Notes: a model not told the origin generated them from the letters alone. 64,000 bases of DNA from an uncultured Fibrobacterota bacterium (GCA_963753345.1 CAVWBU010000026.1:32001-96000); one strand, 5' to 3'; counted from the stretch's first letter, positions 1 through 11,000 are shown. Numbers and translations are program-made.

Positions 1-270
1 TGGCGTGTGGTGCTTCCGCTCATGATTCCATCGATATCGGCGGTCGTTCTGCTCCGTTCCATAGAAATGTGGAAGGAATTCATTTTCCCGTTTGTCCTTG
101 CCGGGAAGTATGCGCTGCTCGGCACGCTCATCGAATCCATGTACAACGACTGGGGAAACTCCGGCGGCGCCGCCGCGGTCGCTCTCGTGCTGGTGCTCTG
201 CATCGTGGTGACGACGTTTGTGTTCCTTTCCATAATGGAAATCCTGAGAAAGACGCTGGTGCGAACGTGA
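1..270 (+). CDS. Carbohydrate ABC transporter permease, C-terminal part (runs off window start)
   Basis: Open frame from base 1, hydrophobic helices, typical permease C-terminus (GAAAVALVLVL); stop overlaps next GTG. Confidence 0.8.
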   Translation, partial: WRVVLPLMIPSISAVVLLRSIEMWKEFIFPFVLAGKYALLGTLIESMYNDWGNSGGAAAVALVLVLCIVVTTFVFLSIMEILRKTLVRT

Positions 271-1124
271 AAAATTCTGTGGCCGCAAGATCGGTTACTC
301 TCAACCAGGTGAAGACCGTCCTGTGGGCCTACAGCCTTGCTGCGGCGGTGCTCCTCGTTGCGGGGCCGGTGTATTTGCTTGTCAAGTACTCCATCAGCGA
401 CACCGCGAGCATCAACACCGGCGGCGCGCCCATTCCGCTGTGGCCCTATCACCCGACGCTCCGGTGCTTTACGTACCTCTTTTCCGATTCGCATTTCTAC
501 GGCGTCATCTCAAACAGCCTGGTTATCGCCGTGTGCACCGTGGGGCTGTCGATGCTTCTCGGCACCCCGGCGGCTTACGTTCTCGGCCGGTATCGCGTGC
601 CCGGCAGGCGGCTGCTTCTGCTCGGGCTTATATCGGTACGGCTGTTCCCCGACATTTCATCGGTGATCCCGATCACGGAGTTCTTTATCCGCCTCAGGCT
701 GCAGAACACCTATGCCGGGGTGATACTCGCCCACACGCTGCTTGCCCTGCCGTACGTTATTTTCATCGGGATGAGCGCGTTTGAATCGATACCGGCCGAC
801 CTTGATCAGCAGGCAAGGGTGATGGGCGCGGGCGGATTCTCGGTGTTCTTCCGGATACTTCTTCCGCTGGCCGTTCCGGGGCTCGCCGCGGCCGCTATTT
901 ACACATTCCTGCTCTCGTGGGACGAATTCATCTTTGCATATTTTATTCTGGGACTGGGCAAGATTTCAACGCTCACCCTGTTCCTCAAGCAGAAGCTGGC
1001 TTTTTCGCCGCCGCAGAACCTGCTGGCCGCGATATCCGTTCTTCTCAGCCTGCCGGTCATCGTGTTTTCGCTCATGCTGCAGAAATACATAACCACCGGC
1101 ATCACCACGGGAAGCGTGAAGTAG
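267..1124 (+). CDS. Carbohydrate ABC transporter permease (MalG-like)
   Basis: EAA-loop-like SIPADLDQQARVMGA, FLLSWDEF motif, about 6 TM segments; GTG at 267 overlaps upstream TGA. Confidence 0.9.
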   Translation: MKNSVAARSVTLNQVKTVLWAYSLAAAVLLVAGPVYLLVKYSISDTASINTGGAPIPLWPYHPTLRCFTYLFSDSHFYGVISNSLVIAVCTVGLSMLLGTPAAYVLGRYRVPGRRLLLLGLISVRLFPDISSVIPITEFFIRLRLQNTYAGVILAHTLLALPYVIFIGMSAFESIPADLDQQARVMGAGGFSVFFRILLPLAVPGLAAAAIYTFLLSWDEFIFAYFILGLGKISTLTLFLKQKLAFSPPQNLLAAISVLLSLPVIVFSLMLQKYITTGITTGSVK

Positions 1125-1131
1125 GGGAACC

Positions 1132-2241
1132 ATGGCGGAAGTACTCCTGAACAGCATTTCCAAGCGTCTCGGCGCGAGCCAGATCATCGACGGACTTTCC
1201 CTCGATGTCAAGGACGGCGAATTTGTGACGCTTCTGGGTCCGTCCGGATGCGGCAAGACCACTCTTCTCAAGATGATAGCCGGGCTCGAGACCATTGACA
1301 AAGGGGACCTCTTTGTCGGCGGGAAGCGGTACAACGACCTGCCGGCGCAGGACCGGAAGCTGGCAATGGTCTTTCAGAGCTACGCGCTGTTCCCGCACAT
1401 GAACGTCAGGCAGAACATCCGGTTCGGCCTTTCCGTCAGCAAGGCGCCCGCGGAAACGATCCGCCGGAAACTTGCCTGGGCAGTCGACATGTTCGGGCTT
1501 TCGGGGCTGGAGGAGCGGCTGCCGCGGGAGATTTCGGGCGGCCAGCGCCAGCGCGTCGCGCTCGCGCGCGCGCTTGTGCTTGATCCCGACGTGCTTCTGC
1601 TCGACGAGCCCCTGAGCAACCTTGACGCGGCGCTGCGCGAGACCGCCATGGAAGAGCTCAAGAGAATCCATGTTCAGGTGGGAAAGACAATTATCTATGT
1701 GACGCATAATCAGGTTGAGGCGATGACGATGAGCGAGCGCATCGCGGTCCTGTCGGCCGGAAGGCTCGAACAGTACGACACGCCGCGCATGGTGTACGAT
1801 GCGCCGGCAACGCGGTTCTCCGCCTCGTTCATCGGAAGCCCGGCCATGAACTTCCTCGACGGCACGGTGGAGGTGCATGGCGACGACGCCGGCGTGGCCA
1901 CGCCAATCGGATTTGTCAAGCTCGACAAAGACCGTTTCGAGCGCATGCAGGCAATGGCGGGCCGGAAGGTCCTGGCGGGGATTCGGCCGCAGAACATCGC
2001 CTATGCCGAACACCACGAGTCCAAACGGTATTCCGACACAACGCTCCGCGTCTCGGTGGAGCTCATCGAAACGCTCGGCGACCGGAGCCTCGTGGTTTCG
2101 CGCGGCGAGAACGGCACGGCGCTGCGGTTCCTGATAACGCGGGACATCGCCATCGAGCCGCAGGAAATGGTGGAGGTGTTCGTCGACGGAAGGCGCGTAC
2201 ATCTTTTTGATCCCGAAACAAACAGGAACGTTTTTTTTTAA
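1132..2241 (+). CDS. Sugar ABC transporter ATP-binding protein (MalK/UgpC family)
   Basis: Walker A GPSGCGKT, ISGGQRQ signature, LLLDEPLSNLDA, FIGSPAMN, C-terminal OB region. Confidence 0.95.
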   Translation: MAEVLLNSISKRLGASQIIDGLSLDVKDGEFVTLLGPSGCGKTTLLKMIAGLETIDKGDLFVGGKRYNDLPAQDRKLAMVFQSYALFPHMNVRQNIRFGLSVSKAPAETIRRKLAWAVDMFGLSGLEERLPREISGGQRQRVALARALVLDPDVLLLDEPLSNLDAALRETAMEELKRIHVQVGKTIIYVTHNQVEAMTMSERIAVLSAGRLEQYDTPRMVYDAPATRFSASFIGSPAMNFLDGTVEVHGDDAGVATPIGFVKLDKDRFERMQAMAGRKVLAGIRPQNIAYAEHHESKRYSDTTLRVSVELIETLGDRSLVVSRGENGTALRFLITRDIAIEPQEMVEVFVDGRRVHLFDPETNRNVFF

Positions 2242-2257
2242 GCTCGAGGGAAGGCGC

Positions 2258-2638
2258 GTGAACAAGGGAAGCATTGCGGCCCGGTCCGCCCGTGTCGCGG
2301 TAGTTGCGGTCGCTGCGGCATTCCTGTGCGCCGGATGCGGGGCCGGGGAGCCCGACTCTGTGGTGAGAAAGAAGCTCGATATTATCGTCGCCGCCGATTT
2401 CAAGACCATTGTCGGCGAATTGCCGAAAGAAAGCGTCCGGGACTCGGCATCTTCGCGGATCACGGAGTACGTGGCCCACGAAAAGGGCATCTATAGTGTG
2501 AGGGCCGTGGTCGATTTCTACTATCTGCGCGGCGTGCACATCAAGAGGACCGTCAAATACAGATACGTGAAGAGCGTCCGGAAATGGGAACGCTACGATA
2601 ATGAGTACCGATTCTACTCCGACAGCACGGCACGGTAG
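2258..2638 (+). CDS. Hypothetical lipoprotein
   Basis: GTG start after purine-rich RBS, signal peptide with lipobox-like CAGC; operonic position. Confidence 0.65.
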   Translation: MNKGSIAARSARVAVVAVAAAFLCAGCGAGEPDSVVRKKLDIIVAADFKTIVGELPKESVRDSASSRITEYVAHEKGIYSVRAVVDFYYLRGVHIKRTVKYRYVKSVRKWERYDNEYRFYSDSTAR

Positions 2639-3689
2639 GTTTTCCATCGTGCGCGCGGTTGCGGTCCTGGCCGTTTGCGCGGCGCTGTGCCGGGCCGGTA
2701 CGCCGCTTCCCGCGGACATGAACGAACTGATATTCAACAGCATCGACCTTGTTTACAAAGAAAAATTCAAGGTTGCGGAAGATGAGGCGAAAAAAATCGT
2801 TAAAAAATATCCCGACCACCCGGCAGGGTATTTCTTCTGCGCCGCGGCCCTGGAACTCATGATGGACTTCTATGAAACCGACGCGCGGGAGCGGGAATTT
2901 TACGAGTACTGCGACAAAACAATAGACAAAGCGGAAAAGCTGCTGGCCCGCGACCCCCGTGACGACTGGGCGACCTTTTTTCTTGGGGGCGCCAACGGGT
3001 TTATGGGAACCTATGAGGGGCGCTATGAAAAATGGATCACGTCGTTCCGCCACGGCTGGAAGGGCGTCTGCGCGCTCAAGGCATTGCACAAGAAGAACCC
3101 TCAGATCAAGGACGTTCTGTTCGGCCTGGGCCTGTACGACTACTGGCGAAGCGCGCTCACAAAGATTCTCTGGTGGATGCCGGGCATCGAAAACAAGTGC
3201 GAGCAGGGAATCCAGGAGCTCGAACAAGCCAGAAAAGAAGGGCTGTACACGAGCTTCTCCGCCGCTGCGAACCTGATTGCCATTTACAACGGAGAAGGCC
3301 GCTTCAAGGAGGCCCTGGCGCTTGCAGATGAGGTGCTTGCGAAGTATCCCGGGTCGGTCAAGTTCTCATGGGGCAGGGCGGCCGCGCTGTTCGGCGAGTG
3401 CCGTTTCGAGGAATCGGAAACCGTGTACCATTACATCCTTGAGCGCGTGGAGGCGGAGCCGTTCGACAACCACTACAACGCCGTGCTCTGCCATTACTGG
3501 CTCGCAAAAATCTACCTGAAAATGAAGCGGTACACACAAAGCGTCGCCGAATGCAACAGAATGGGATACTACAATCTTGACGATGTGACAAAAGGACGGC
3601 TCGGGAAATTTTATGGAGAAGCGGGAAAGGTGGGAGAGCAGGCGCGAGCGGCGAATATTAAGAATCCGCAGGCGGAGATAGTGCCGTAA
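2601..3689 (+). CDS. Exported tetratricopeptide-repeat protein
   Basis: Signal peptide, TPR-like helical repeats (KYPDHPAGY, DVLFGLGLYDY, HYWLAKIY). Confidence 0.8.
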   Translation: MSTDSTPTARHGRFSIVRAVAVLAVCAALCRAGTPLPADMNELIFNSIDLVYKEKFKVAEDEAKKIVKKYPDHPAGYFFCAAALELMMDFYETDAREREFYEYCDKTIDKAEKLLARDPRDDWATFFLGGANGFMGTYEGRYEKWITSFRHGWKGVCALKALHKKNPQIKDVLFGLGLYDYWRSALTKILWWMPGIENKCEQGIQELEQARKEGLYTSFSAAANLIAIYNGEGRFKEALALADEVLAKYPGSVKFSWGRAAALFGECRFEESETVYHYILERVEAEPFDNHYNAVLCHYWLAKIYLKMKRYTQSVAECNRMGYYNLDDVTKGRLGKFYGEAGKVGEQARAANIKNPQAEIVP

Positions 3690-3719
3690 AGAGTTGTCTT
3701 AAAAATCAAGATAAGATCT

Positions 3720-3861
3720 GGGCGCCCCGCCGAAGACGGCGGCGGCCCTCCTTCCAGGCTCGGCCGTTCGGCCTCGTTGCCGCCTGCCACAATGCCCTTC
3801 GGGCGTGGTCAGGCGTCAATGCGCTCCAGCGCACCTTCCAGTCCGGCCTGGCGCCGGGCAG
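3720..3861 (+). repeat. Structured intergenic repeat family A, copy 1
   Basis: GGGCGCC-hairpin-CCCTCCTTCCAGGCTCGGC...CCTGGCGC; aligns with 11001, 11251, 27780 and 39273. Confidence 0.85.
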
Positions 3862-4049
3862 AGGACCATTGCCGTAACCATACATAGGGCCTTCGCACTG
3901 GTTTCATTCTAATCAATATTGACATGATGAAAAAATGATGCAAGGGGAGGGTGCTTATTGTTATCGGAGATCACGTCTTCCCCCTCAAATAATTTCCCCT
4001 CAATATCCGTAAAAAACTATTTTTAAACTCCTTCAATCGATTCTGCCAT

Positions 4050-4122
<73 letters not shown>

Positions 4123-4380
4123 CTCTCAAAACCCCCAAAGAATTGCCTTTTCAGAGCGGAAAACGGCATTTTGAGGGGTTTTTGCTTTGTTTTGCCAGGC
4201 TCTGCAAATTTCCCCTTTTTGCTCGAAATTACTACGAAACATTACCGTTTTCTCCGTACTGTGAAAACATTTCACACCATATTGGAATTTTGAAGTGGGT
4301 GTGGCCACGAGCGCGCAGCCCCGTGAGTATTTGGAAAACAAAGGTGGAGGTTATATATTCTTATTTTGAAAGGAGAAGCC

Positions 4381-5047
4381 ATGCCCGACAAATTGCCAGA
4401 GGAAACAATTGAAAGTAGAATTCACGTTCTACGGGGGAAAAAGGTGATGATCGACCGTGACCTTGCAGCATTGTATCAAGTCGAAACCGCGCAATTGAAA
4501 AGAGCGGTGCGCCGCAACATCGACCGTTTTCCCGAAGATTTCATGTTTGAATGCCACAGCCCGCGCGATCCCCGCGACTTGGCGCGGGGGTTAGCGGGCG
4601 AATTACAAGTATCTTTTCCTTAGGCATGGAAGAATCCCCGCCACTTGGGGCGGGGTTCTTCAATTGAGCAAGGATGAACTTGAAAGCTTGAGATGCCAAT
4701 TTGGCATCTCAAGTTGGGGCGGTGAAAGATATCTGCCATTTGCCTTTACTGAACAAGGCGTAGCCATGCTTTCAACTGTTCTCAATTCAAAACGCGCGAT
4801 TCTAGTGAATATTCAGATCATGCGCGCCTTTGTGCGAATACGAAACCTTGTGGCCGATAATTCGGAAGTACGAAAAGCCATTGTGAATATCGAAAAGCGG
4901 TTGAATGTCCATGACCGGCAAATACAGATTGCCTTTGACGCGCTGAAAAGCCTTTTGCAGCCGAAACCGGTGTCGCAGATTGCACCAGTGAAGGAATATT
5001 CACCGGATGATGGGAAGAAGATGGGGTTCGGGAAGGACAAGAAGTAA
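4381..5047 (+). pseudogene. ORF6N-domain DNA-binding protein interrupted by a 112 bp insertion
   Basis: IHVLRGKKVMIDRDLAALY...RFPEDFMFE then LSKDE...LPFAFTEQGVAMLS; removing 4552-4663 restores one 184 aa frame. Confidence 0.9.
4552..4663 (+). mobile_element. Non-autonomous IS200/IS605-type MITE, copy 1
   Basis: Two subterminal hairpins with ACTTGG loops, GAAT before the right hairpin, ends TCAA, sits 3' of TTGAA, removal cleanly restores the host ORF. Confidence 0.85.
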
Positions 5048-5173
5048 CTGGTGAATTTTGGGCGGGGAAATGAAAAAATGTATGTTGGAAACAAACTCAG
5101 AGCAGACGTTTTCACAAAGACAGATTGCAGGCCCTTGGAGGCAAGGAAAACATAGGAATTCTTTGTAAGTAAT

Positions 5174-5983
5174 ATGGGCAGTCTTGTAAACAAATATATC
5201 AACGTCTTCACCCGCAAGTATTCCGCGCTTGGTAAGAAGATTGTCGCGGAATTGCAAGTTGCTTTGGAAGATGCATACGTTGGCGACATGAAGCGGATCG
5301 TGGATGGTATTTGGACAAAGTACGACGTGCCGGAACAATACCAGAACCTTCTTCTTTCCGGTATAGCAGGAAAGTTAAGAACAACGAATTTACAGAAGAA
5401 GACCGCCGAAACAACGCCTGATTTGTACATCATTGAAGGTCCGACGATGCGACTAGATATTAAGAAGTTAGAGTGGTGTATAAGTCAAGGTATGGATAAT
5501 GAATATATTAGAAAAGCAATCAGAGAAAAGGAAAAGATTGACAAGTATGAAGCTGCGGATGCAATAATGAAAGATGAACTAGAGGCTTTACGCAATTCAG
5601 GGAATCAAACAAGTCCCGAATATAAGAAATACAATATTTTGAGAAGTGATGACCCACAAACCAGAGCAAACAAGAAGGCGCAAAGGGAAAAGATATGGGC
5701 GGAATATTTCAGAAAAAAAGGCGAAATTCAATCCAAAAACGGCGATGCCCATTCACGCGCATATGGCGAAAAGTTTTTTGGTGACCTTGACGCCGATGAG
5801 GATGCAACCGGATGGGAGTGGATGTTATCAGGCGGAGGAGTCGGAGAGGTTCATTGCGAAATTTGCAAACAGAATGCCGGAATATATGCTAAAGGTCATG
5901 GCCCAAAGTTTCCCGCTCACGTCGGATGCACCTGTCTTCTTGGGCCTGTATATCGAATGCCAGAAAGCACCCTGCGACAATAA
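5174..5983 (+). CDS. Phage head morphogenesis (MuF-like) protein
   Basis: C-terminal W-LS...CEIC...GIY-K...P-FPAHVGCTCLL-PV resembles the MuF Cys/His motif; inside att-bounded islet. Confidence 0.65.
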   Translation: MGSLVNKYINVFTRKYSALGKKIVAELQVALEDAYVGDMKRIVDGIWTKYDVPEQYQNLLLSGIAGKLRTTNLQKKTAETTPDLYIIEGPTMRLDIKKLEWCISQGMDNEYIRKAIREKEKIDKYEAADAIMKDELEALRNSGNQTSPEYKKYNILRSDDPQTRANKKAQREKIWAEYFRKKGEIQSKNGDAHSRAYGEKFFGDLDADEDATGWEWMLSGGGVGEVHCEICKQNAGIYAKGHGPKFPAHVGCTCLLGPVYRMPESTLRQ

Positions 5984-6176
5984 GACGCGTTTGATGCTGC
6001 TGGCCGCGGTTTGTTTGCCATAGCGGCTCTTTTCAAATACTATTTTTGATACGATATTTGACAATAGGGGAATTGGGTAGCACCCGAAAACCGGTTTCCG
6101 CAGCGGTTTTCCAGATTTCGACTCTTGCGGAACAACGAGCGGAGGTTGTAGTGTGGATTGGGATTTGTCTTCTGTC

Positions 6177-6216
6177 AAACCGTAGGTCCCCGGTTCGAGT
6201 CCGGGTCTCGGCTCTC
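6177..6216 (+). repeat. att repeat (duplicated 3' part of tRNA-Thr)
   Basis: 40/40 identity to 4086-4125. Confidence 0.95.
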
Positions 6217-6278
6217 CTTAAAAACGCCTTATTCAAATGTGTTTTGAAAGCGAAACGCGCCGAACATCGGCCGCCGTT

Positions 6279-7987
6279 TTACCGCAGATTCTCCACCACG
6301 ACCCGCCTGGGCGTCCCGGAATTTCGGTCCACAATGTAAACGCCTTTCGGCAAAGCCATGCTTCTGAGGTCGGCGGTTGAGGAAATCTCACCAAGAAACT
6401 TGCCGGCAATCGAATAGATCTTGCCCGCCGCCACTCTGTCCGTTACCGACGCCGGCAGTGACCTGAACGGGTTCTTCGCCGCAAGCTGGGAACAGGACTG
6501 GGCGTTGGTGATCGTCACCGGAATGTCTGCGCTTATCAACTGCCCGCTCTGGGCCGATGTCGCTTTCAGCGTCACTTGTTCAGGCTGTTGCACAGTTTTG
6601 AAAATGGCACGGTTTTAGTGATGACATTGCCCAGCGGATCAGCGGTAAAGTTGGAATCGAGCACGACCACGGTCTGCGATCCGCCGAACGAAAGCGACAC
6701 GTTGTCCTGCTGGTTGGGCGCGGTGAAGAACAGCTCCGCCGTGACGGTCACCCCGGCGTCGGTGGTTGCGTTGTAGCTCGTCTTGTCGGTCTTGAAATTG
6801 CATACCACATCCTGGGTGGCATGCGTCACGCTGTCGATCTTGACCGTGGGAACATAGTATTCTTTCCACGCCTTCTGCTGGCCCGCGCCGATGGTGGCGG
6901 CCGAAAAGAACATCTTCGAAACGCCCGCCCATAGTTCTATGAACGGAAGGTAGGTGTTGGTGTTGCTGCTGGTGTCGGCGTTGACGCTCTGCGAATAGCC
7001 CCATGTCCACATCTTGTTACCGATGGTCTGGTCGTTATTTGAAACGCGGATGATTCCTTCGCGGTTGTCGTGATTGATAACGCCCCAGAACGTGTTGAGC
7101 GGCGTTATTGAGTCGGGCCAGGCATACACAATGCCCATGTCCGGCCAGTTCTTATACCACCTGAGTTTGTTGAAAATAAAGACATCGCCGCCGACATTCT
7201 GTTCCTGGCCCCGGCATGCGCCATACTCTCCCGGGATGTCGCAGTTCTTGACTGCCGAAATTATTTCCGCGCCCGCGGTGCAGCGCGCATTGCCCTGGAC
7301 GGAACCCGGCGCCAGTTCACCGCAGGTCCAGTACTCGAAATTTTTTGACTGAGCCGCCGGGTTGTTGAGCAGCACGCCGATGTCGATATAATTCTTTCCG
7401 GATATGATGGAAATGGTGAAGGTGCATTCGATGCCCGTGGCGCCATAAGCGAATTTACCCGGCCTGCCGGCGAAATTAACCGTGTCCTTCTGGCTCAGCG
7501 ATATGCTGACCGTGTCCGCGGTTTGCTTGACAATCTGGCACAGCCACGGCCTCAGCCAGAATTTCCCGTGTTCAGGCTCGGAAAACGTGGGAAAGATTCC
7601 CCCGTATCCCATGACCCAGTTGTAATAAAAATTCCCCTGGTTTATGCCGAAAGGAATGCCGCACGGGAAGGTGTACAACTGCTGATGGTTGGTGGGCTTG
7701 TAGATCATCGAAATGATGCGGCCGCCGAATTCAGGCACGACCATGATCTTGAGGAATTCATTGTCGATGACTTTGCAGTCGAACGTTCTTGCCACCCTGG
7801 TGTTGGCCTGAGCCGATATCATCCCGTAGTCCGCGCCGATGGTGTAACTGTTGGAATGAAAGGTCGTGGTCGAATCGATCATCGTGACGGCGGAAAAAAC
7901 CGGCATGCCGGCTGCAAGTGCGCACAGACAGCAGAAGCGCACATAATCGCGTAATCGAATCCGTCGAAAAAACCCTGTATATTTCAT
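6279..7987 (-). pseudogene. DUF5107-like secreted protein with T9SS-like CTD, frameshifted near 6575
   Basis: Signal peptide, DNEFLKIMVVPEFGGRI motif; the CTD (IYSIAGK...LPKGVYIV) continues in another frame at 6279-6593. Confidence 0.7.
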
Positions 7988-8349
7988 ACATCCCTTCCCA
8001 GTGCTCAAAACTGATGGTCCATAGGCAATGACAACCCAAAAATATACATGCCCTGTACCTGATGAGTAAATAGTAAGTAGATCAGTTTCTGACTAATAGC
8101 TTCACGCCGGCAGCGACCGGCTCCGCGCTCTTCCCTTTTGAGGCCTTCCACTATGATCCGTATTTTGTCCGCCGTTGATATCATACAACGATAGTATCCA
8201 CGTTAGGCTGATGGAAAACAATAATTTGGTTGATGAAATGACGCAGTATCATCAAATCATTCCGGGTCTTTTTGATGGCCTCGCAATGACGCAGGGAATA
8301 ACGATATCTCCGTCAACCGCAAAACCAAATCTTGGTCTTTCATTTTTTT

Positions 8350-8378
8350 CTCTGTGCCCTCTGTGTCTCTGTGGTGAA
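8350..8378 (-). repeat. Short 9/8/9 bp tandem repeat (CACAGAG x3)
   Basis: Minus strand TTCACCACAGAG-ACACAGAG-GGCACAGAG; related array at 35529-35557. Confidence 0.6.
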
Positions 8379-8551
8379 TCTTTTTTTTCTTCTTTGTAAT
8401 GGGCATTGTCCTTTAGAGTTGATAACATCACCGCAACAGATATATTTTACTACTACTATATATTGTAGCGGAAATGCTAAACTTATACCATAAGGCCTAC
8501 GGCTCTCAATTTTATCGGTAAAACTGCACCACCAACCCAAGGAGTGAGGCG

Positions 8552-9037
8552 ATGAAATGCCCCTACTGCGGACACGAAGAGGACAAGGTGGTCGATTCCC
8601 GTTCGAGCAAAGAGGGACAGGCGGTGCGGCGGCGCAGGGAATGCCTGAAGTGTGAAAAGAGGTTTACGACATACGAATACATTGAAACGGTGCCGCTCAC
8701 CATCATCAAGAACGACCAGCGCAGGGAGCCGTACGACCGCCAGAAGCTGATGCACGGGATAACGTCGGCGTGCAACAAGCGGCCGATAAGCACCGACAAG
8801 ATCGAGGCGCTTGTTGACAGAATAGAAAACCAGATCCAGAAGCTGTCCAAGACCGAAATTCCCAGCAAGGAAATCGGCGGGCTCGTGATGAACGAACTGT
8901 ACCAGATGGACGACGTGGCCTACGTGCGGTTCGCGTCGGTGTACCGAAAGTTCAAGGACAAGGGCGAATTCATCACCGAGGTGAAGGAACTGGCCGCAAA
9001 GGGCGACACGCAACACACCCGGGAGAGAAGCAGGTAG
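8552..9037 (+). CDS. nrdR: Transcriptional repressor NrdR
   Basis: MKCPYC...VVDSR...RRRRECLKC, ATP cone, VAYVRFASVY. Confidence 0.98.
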   Translation: MKCPYCGHEEDKVVDSRSSKEGQAVRRRRECLKCEKRFTTYEYIETVPLTIIKNDQRREPYDRQKLMHGITSACNKRPISTDKIEALVDRIENQIQKLSKTEIPSKEIGGLVMNELYQMDDVAYVRFASVYRKFKDKGEFITEVKELAAKGDTQHTRERSR

Positions 9038-9078
9038 CCTGTGCGGGCGGAGCCCGCGGGGCCCCGCCGCGGCGAGAA

Positions 9079-9294
9079 CTAATCGAGCCTGATCACGCTT
9101 CCCGACGAATTTGCTTCGTCGAAAAAGTCTTCCTTGAAATAGAAGAACCCCTGATCGTCGTCCGAATAGAATTCGGACGCTTCTTCGGAGAAAAACGATT
9201 TCAGCGCGGAATCCTGGTCCTGACTTTCGACGATGCGGTGCCTGAGATTGTTTGCCCTTGCAGGCACGATAAAGGCAATTGAAAACTTGGCCAT
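9079..9294 (-). CDS. Small hypothetical protein (71 aa)
   Basis: GGAGG RBS before ATG 9294, host-like codon usage. Confidence 0.65.
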   Translation of the reverse strand: MAKFSIAFIVPARANNLRHRIVESQDQDSALKSFFSEEASEFYSDDDQGFFYFKEDFFDEANSSGSVIRLD

Positions 9295-9372
9295 ACGAAC
9301 GATAACCTCCAGACCTTTCGAAAAGCTGTCACGCAATACAACCCGTGGCTGTTCCTAAAAATAGGTTTTGAA

Positions 9373-10974
9373 ATGATGCAAGAAAATAAAAATAGCAAAA
9401 ACCGTGCAAAAATTTGCAGTTGCGTACCTGCCGCTGTAGGATCCGAATGCTGCGGACGCGGCGCGCTGGAGTGGGGAAATCCCGTGGTTCGAGCCGTGCG
9501 GTGCGGTATTCTGCTCTGTGCCCTTGCATTCGCTGCCGCCTCTGCGCAGCAGTCGGAGGCTCCGGCAGCAAGGCGCGCCGTGGATTCGGCGCAGGCCGGA
9601 GTTGCCGCGCAACGGCTTGAGGCGCTGCTTTCCGGCAGCAGATTTCCTGCGGAAAACGTGGCGCTGATCGTAAAAGACCTCGATCGCGATTCCGTGGTTG
9701 CGACGCTCAATGCAGATTCAATGCGCAATCCCGCTTCGGTGTCAAAGCTTCTCACCACTGCGATAGCTTTTGAAAAACTCGGTACCAACTATTCATTTAC
9801 CACACTGGTGTACACTGACAGGCCCGTTCCCGCAGACTCCGGCGTTGAAAGGGGAAACCTGTATATCCGGGGAGGTGCAGACCCCTATTTCGTGGTGGAG
9901 AGGATGTGGCTGTTTGTCCAGCACCTCGCATGCATCGGGCTTCGGTCCATAGACGGCGACATAGTGCTCGATGATACGTTTCTTGATTCTGTGTCGGTCG
10001 GGCCGGGTTTCGACGAGGACGATTCCAATCGTCCCTACGAGGCGCCGGTGGATGCCGTGAGCGCGAACTTTAACTGCGAAAGCATCTGGATGCGGCCGGG
10101 CGCCGTCGTTGGTCTCCCGGTGCTCGTCGACATCCTTCCCAAGTCGGGCCTTGTGAAAGTCACCGTGACTGCCAGGACCGTTGCAGCCGGCAAGCAGAAC
10201 ACCTGCATTGCGTCAACGCAGAAGGACGGGAGCAGGACACTGGTGACGGTTTCGGGTTCCATGCCCATCGATGCGGCACCGGCTCTTTCGTACAAGAAGG
10301 TCTGGCAGACATGGGAGTACTTCGGCGACATCTTGGTGCGGCTTCTTGGTGAGAGCAAGATCAGGTTCAGCGGCTCGGTAAGGCGCGGGGTGGTGCCGGA
10401 TTCCGTGAAGGCGCGGGGGCCGTTCTACACGTTTCCGTCGGTGCCGCTGTACCAGGCCGTGAATTCCATGATGAAGGTGTCGAACAACTACATGGCCGAG
10501 ATGCTCTTCAAGACCTTGAGCGCAAAGCAGGACTCGGTTGCCGGGACCTGGGACAAGTCGGCCGCGCTGGTGCAATCGTGGTGGAAGGAAAAGAAGCTGC
10601 CGGGCGCCCCTCGGATCAGGAACGGGTCGGGCATGGGCGACAGCAACCGCATGAGCGCGCGCCAGATCGTTGAATTGCTGCGCTGGGTGTGGCACCAGAA
10701 AAGTTTTTTTCCCGAATACGTGTATTCGCTGCCGTCGGCAGGGGTTGACGGAACGGTAAAGTCCCGGTTCAAGAATTCAAGGCTCAAGGGGATTTTGCGG
10801 GCGAAAACCGGCACCCTCAACGATTACGGCGTGAGCTCCATGGCGGGCTATGCATTCGTTGGGAACAGGACGTTCGCCTTTGCTATGATTTTCTCCAGCG
10901 GTTCCAGGGCACGACAGTACAGCACATGGGAGATGCAGCAGAGGATTTTGGAGATGGTGATTCCGGAGAAGTGA
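9373..10974 (+). CDS. dacB: D-alanyl-D-alanine carboxypeptidase/endopeptidase (PBP4, peptidase S13); start uncertain
   Basis: PASVSK (SxxK), SNN, AKTGTL motifs. Confidence 0.93.
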   Translation: MMQENKNSKNRAKICSCVPAAVGSECCGRGALEWGNPVVRAVRCGILLCALAFAAASAQQSEAPAARRAVDSAQAGVAAQRLEALLSGSRFPAENVALIVKDLDRDSVVATLNADSMRNPASVSKLLTTAIAFEKLGTNYSFTTLVYTDRPVPADSGVERGNLYIRGGADPYFVVERMWLFVQHLACIGLRSIDGDIVLDDTFLDSVSVGPGFDEDDSNRPYEAPVDAVSANFNCESIWMRPGAVVGLPVLVDILPKSGLVKVTVTARTVAAGKQNTCIASTQKDGSRTLVTVSGSMPIDAAPALSYKKVWQTWEYFGDILVRLLGESKIRFSGSVRRGVVPDSVKARGPFYTFPSVPLYQAVNSMMKVSNNYMAEMLFKTLSAKQDSVAGTWDKSAALVQSWWKEKKLPGAPRIRNGSGMGDSNRMSARQIVELLRWVWHQKSFFPEYVYSLPSAGVDGTVKSRFKNSRLKGILRAKTGTLNDYGVSSMAGYAFVGNRTFAFAMIFSSGSRARQYSTWEMQQRILEMVIPEK

Positions 10975-11000
10975 TTTTAAAGACACGGAAGTGAAAAATT

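Noticed and set aside
3720-3861. Family A as an HDV-like or hammerhead ribozyme
   Set aside because: I could not place the nested double pseudoknot or CUGANGA/GAAA cores consistently across copies
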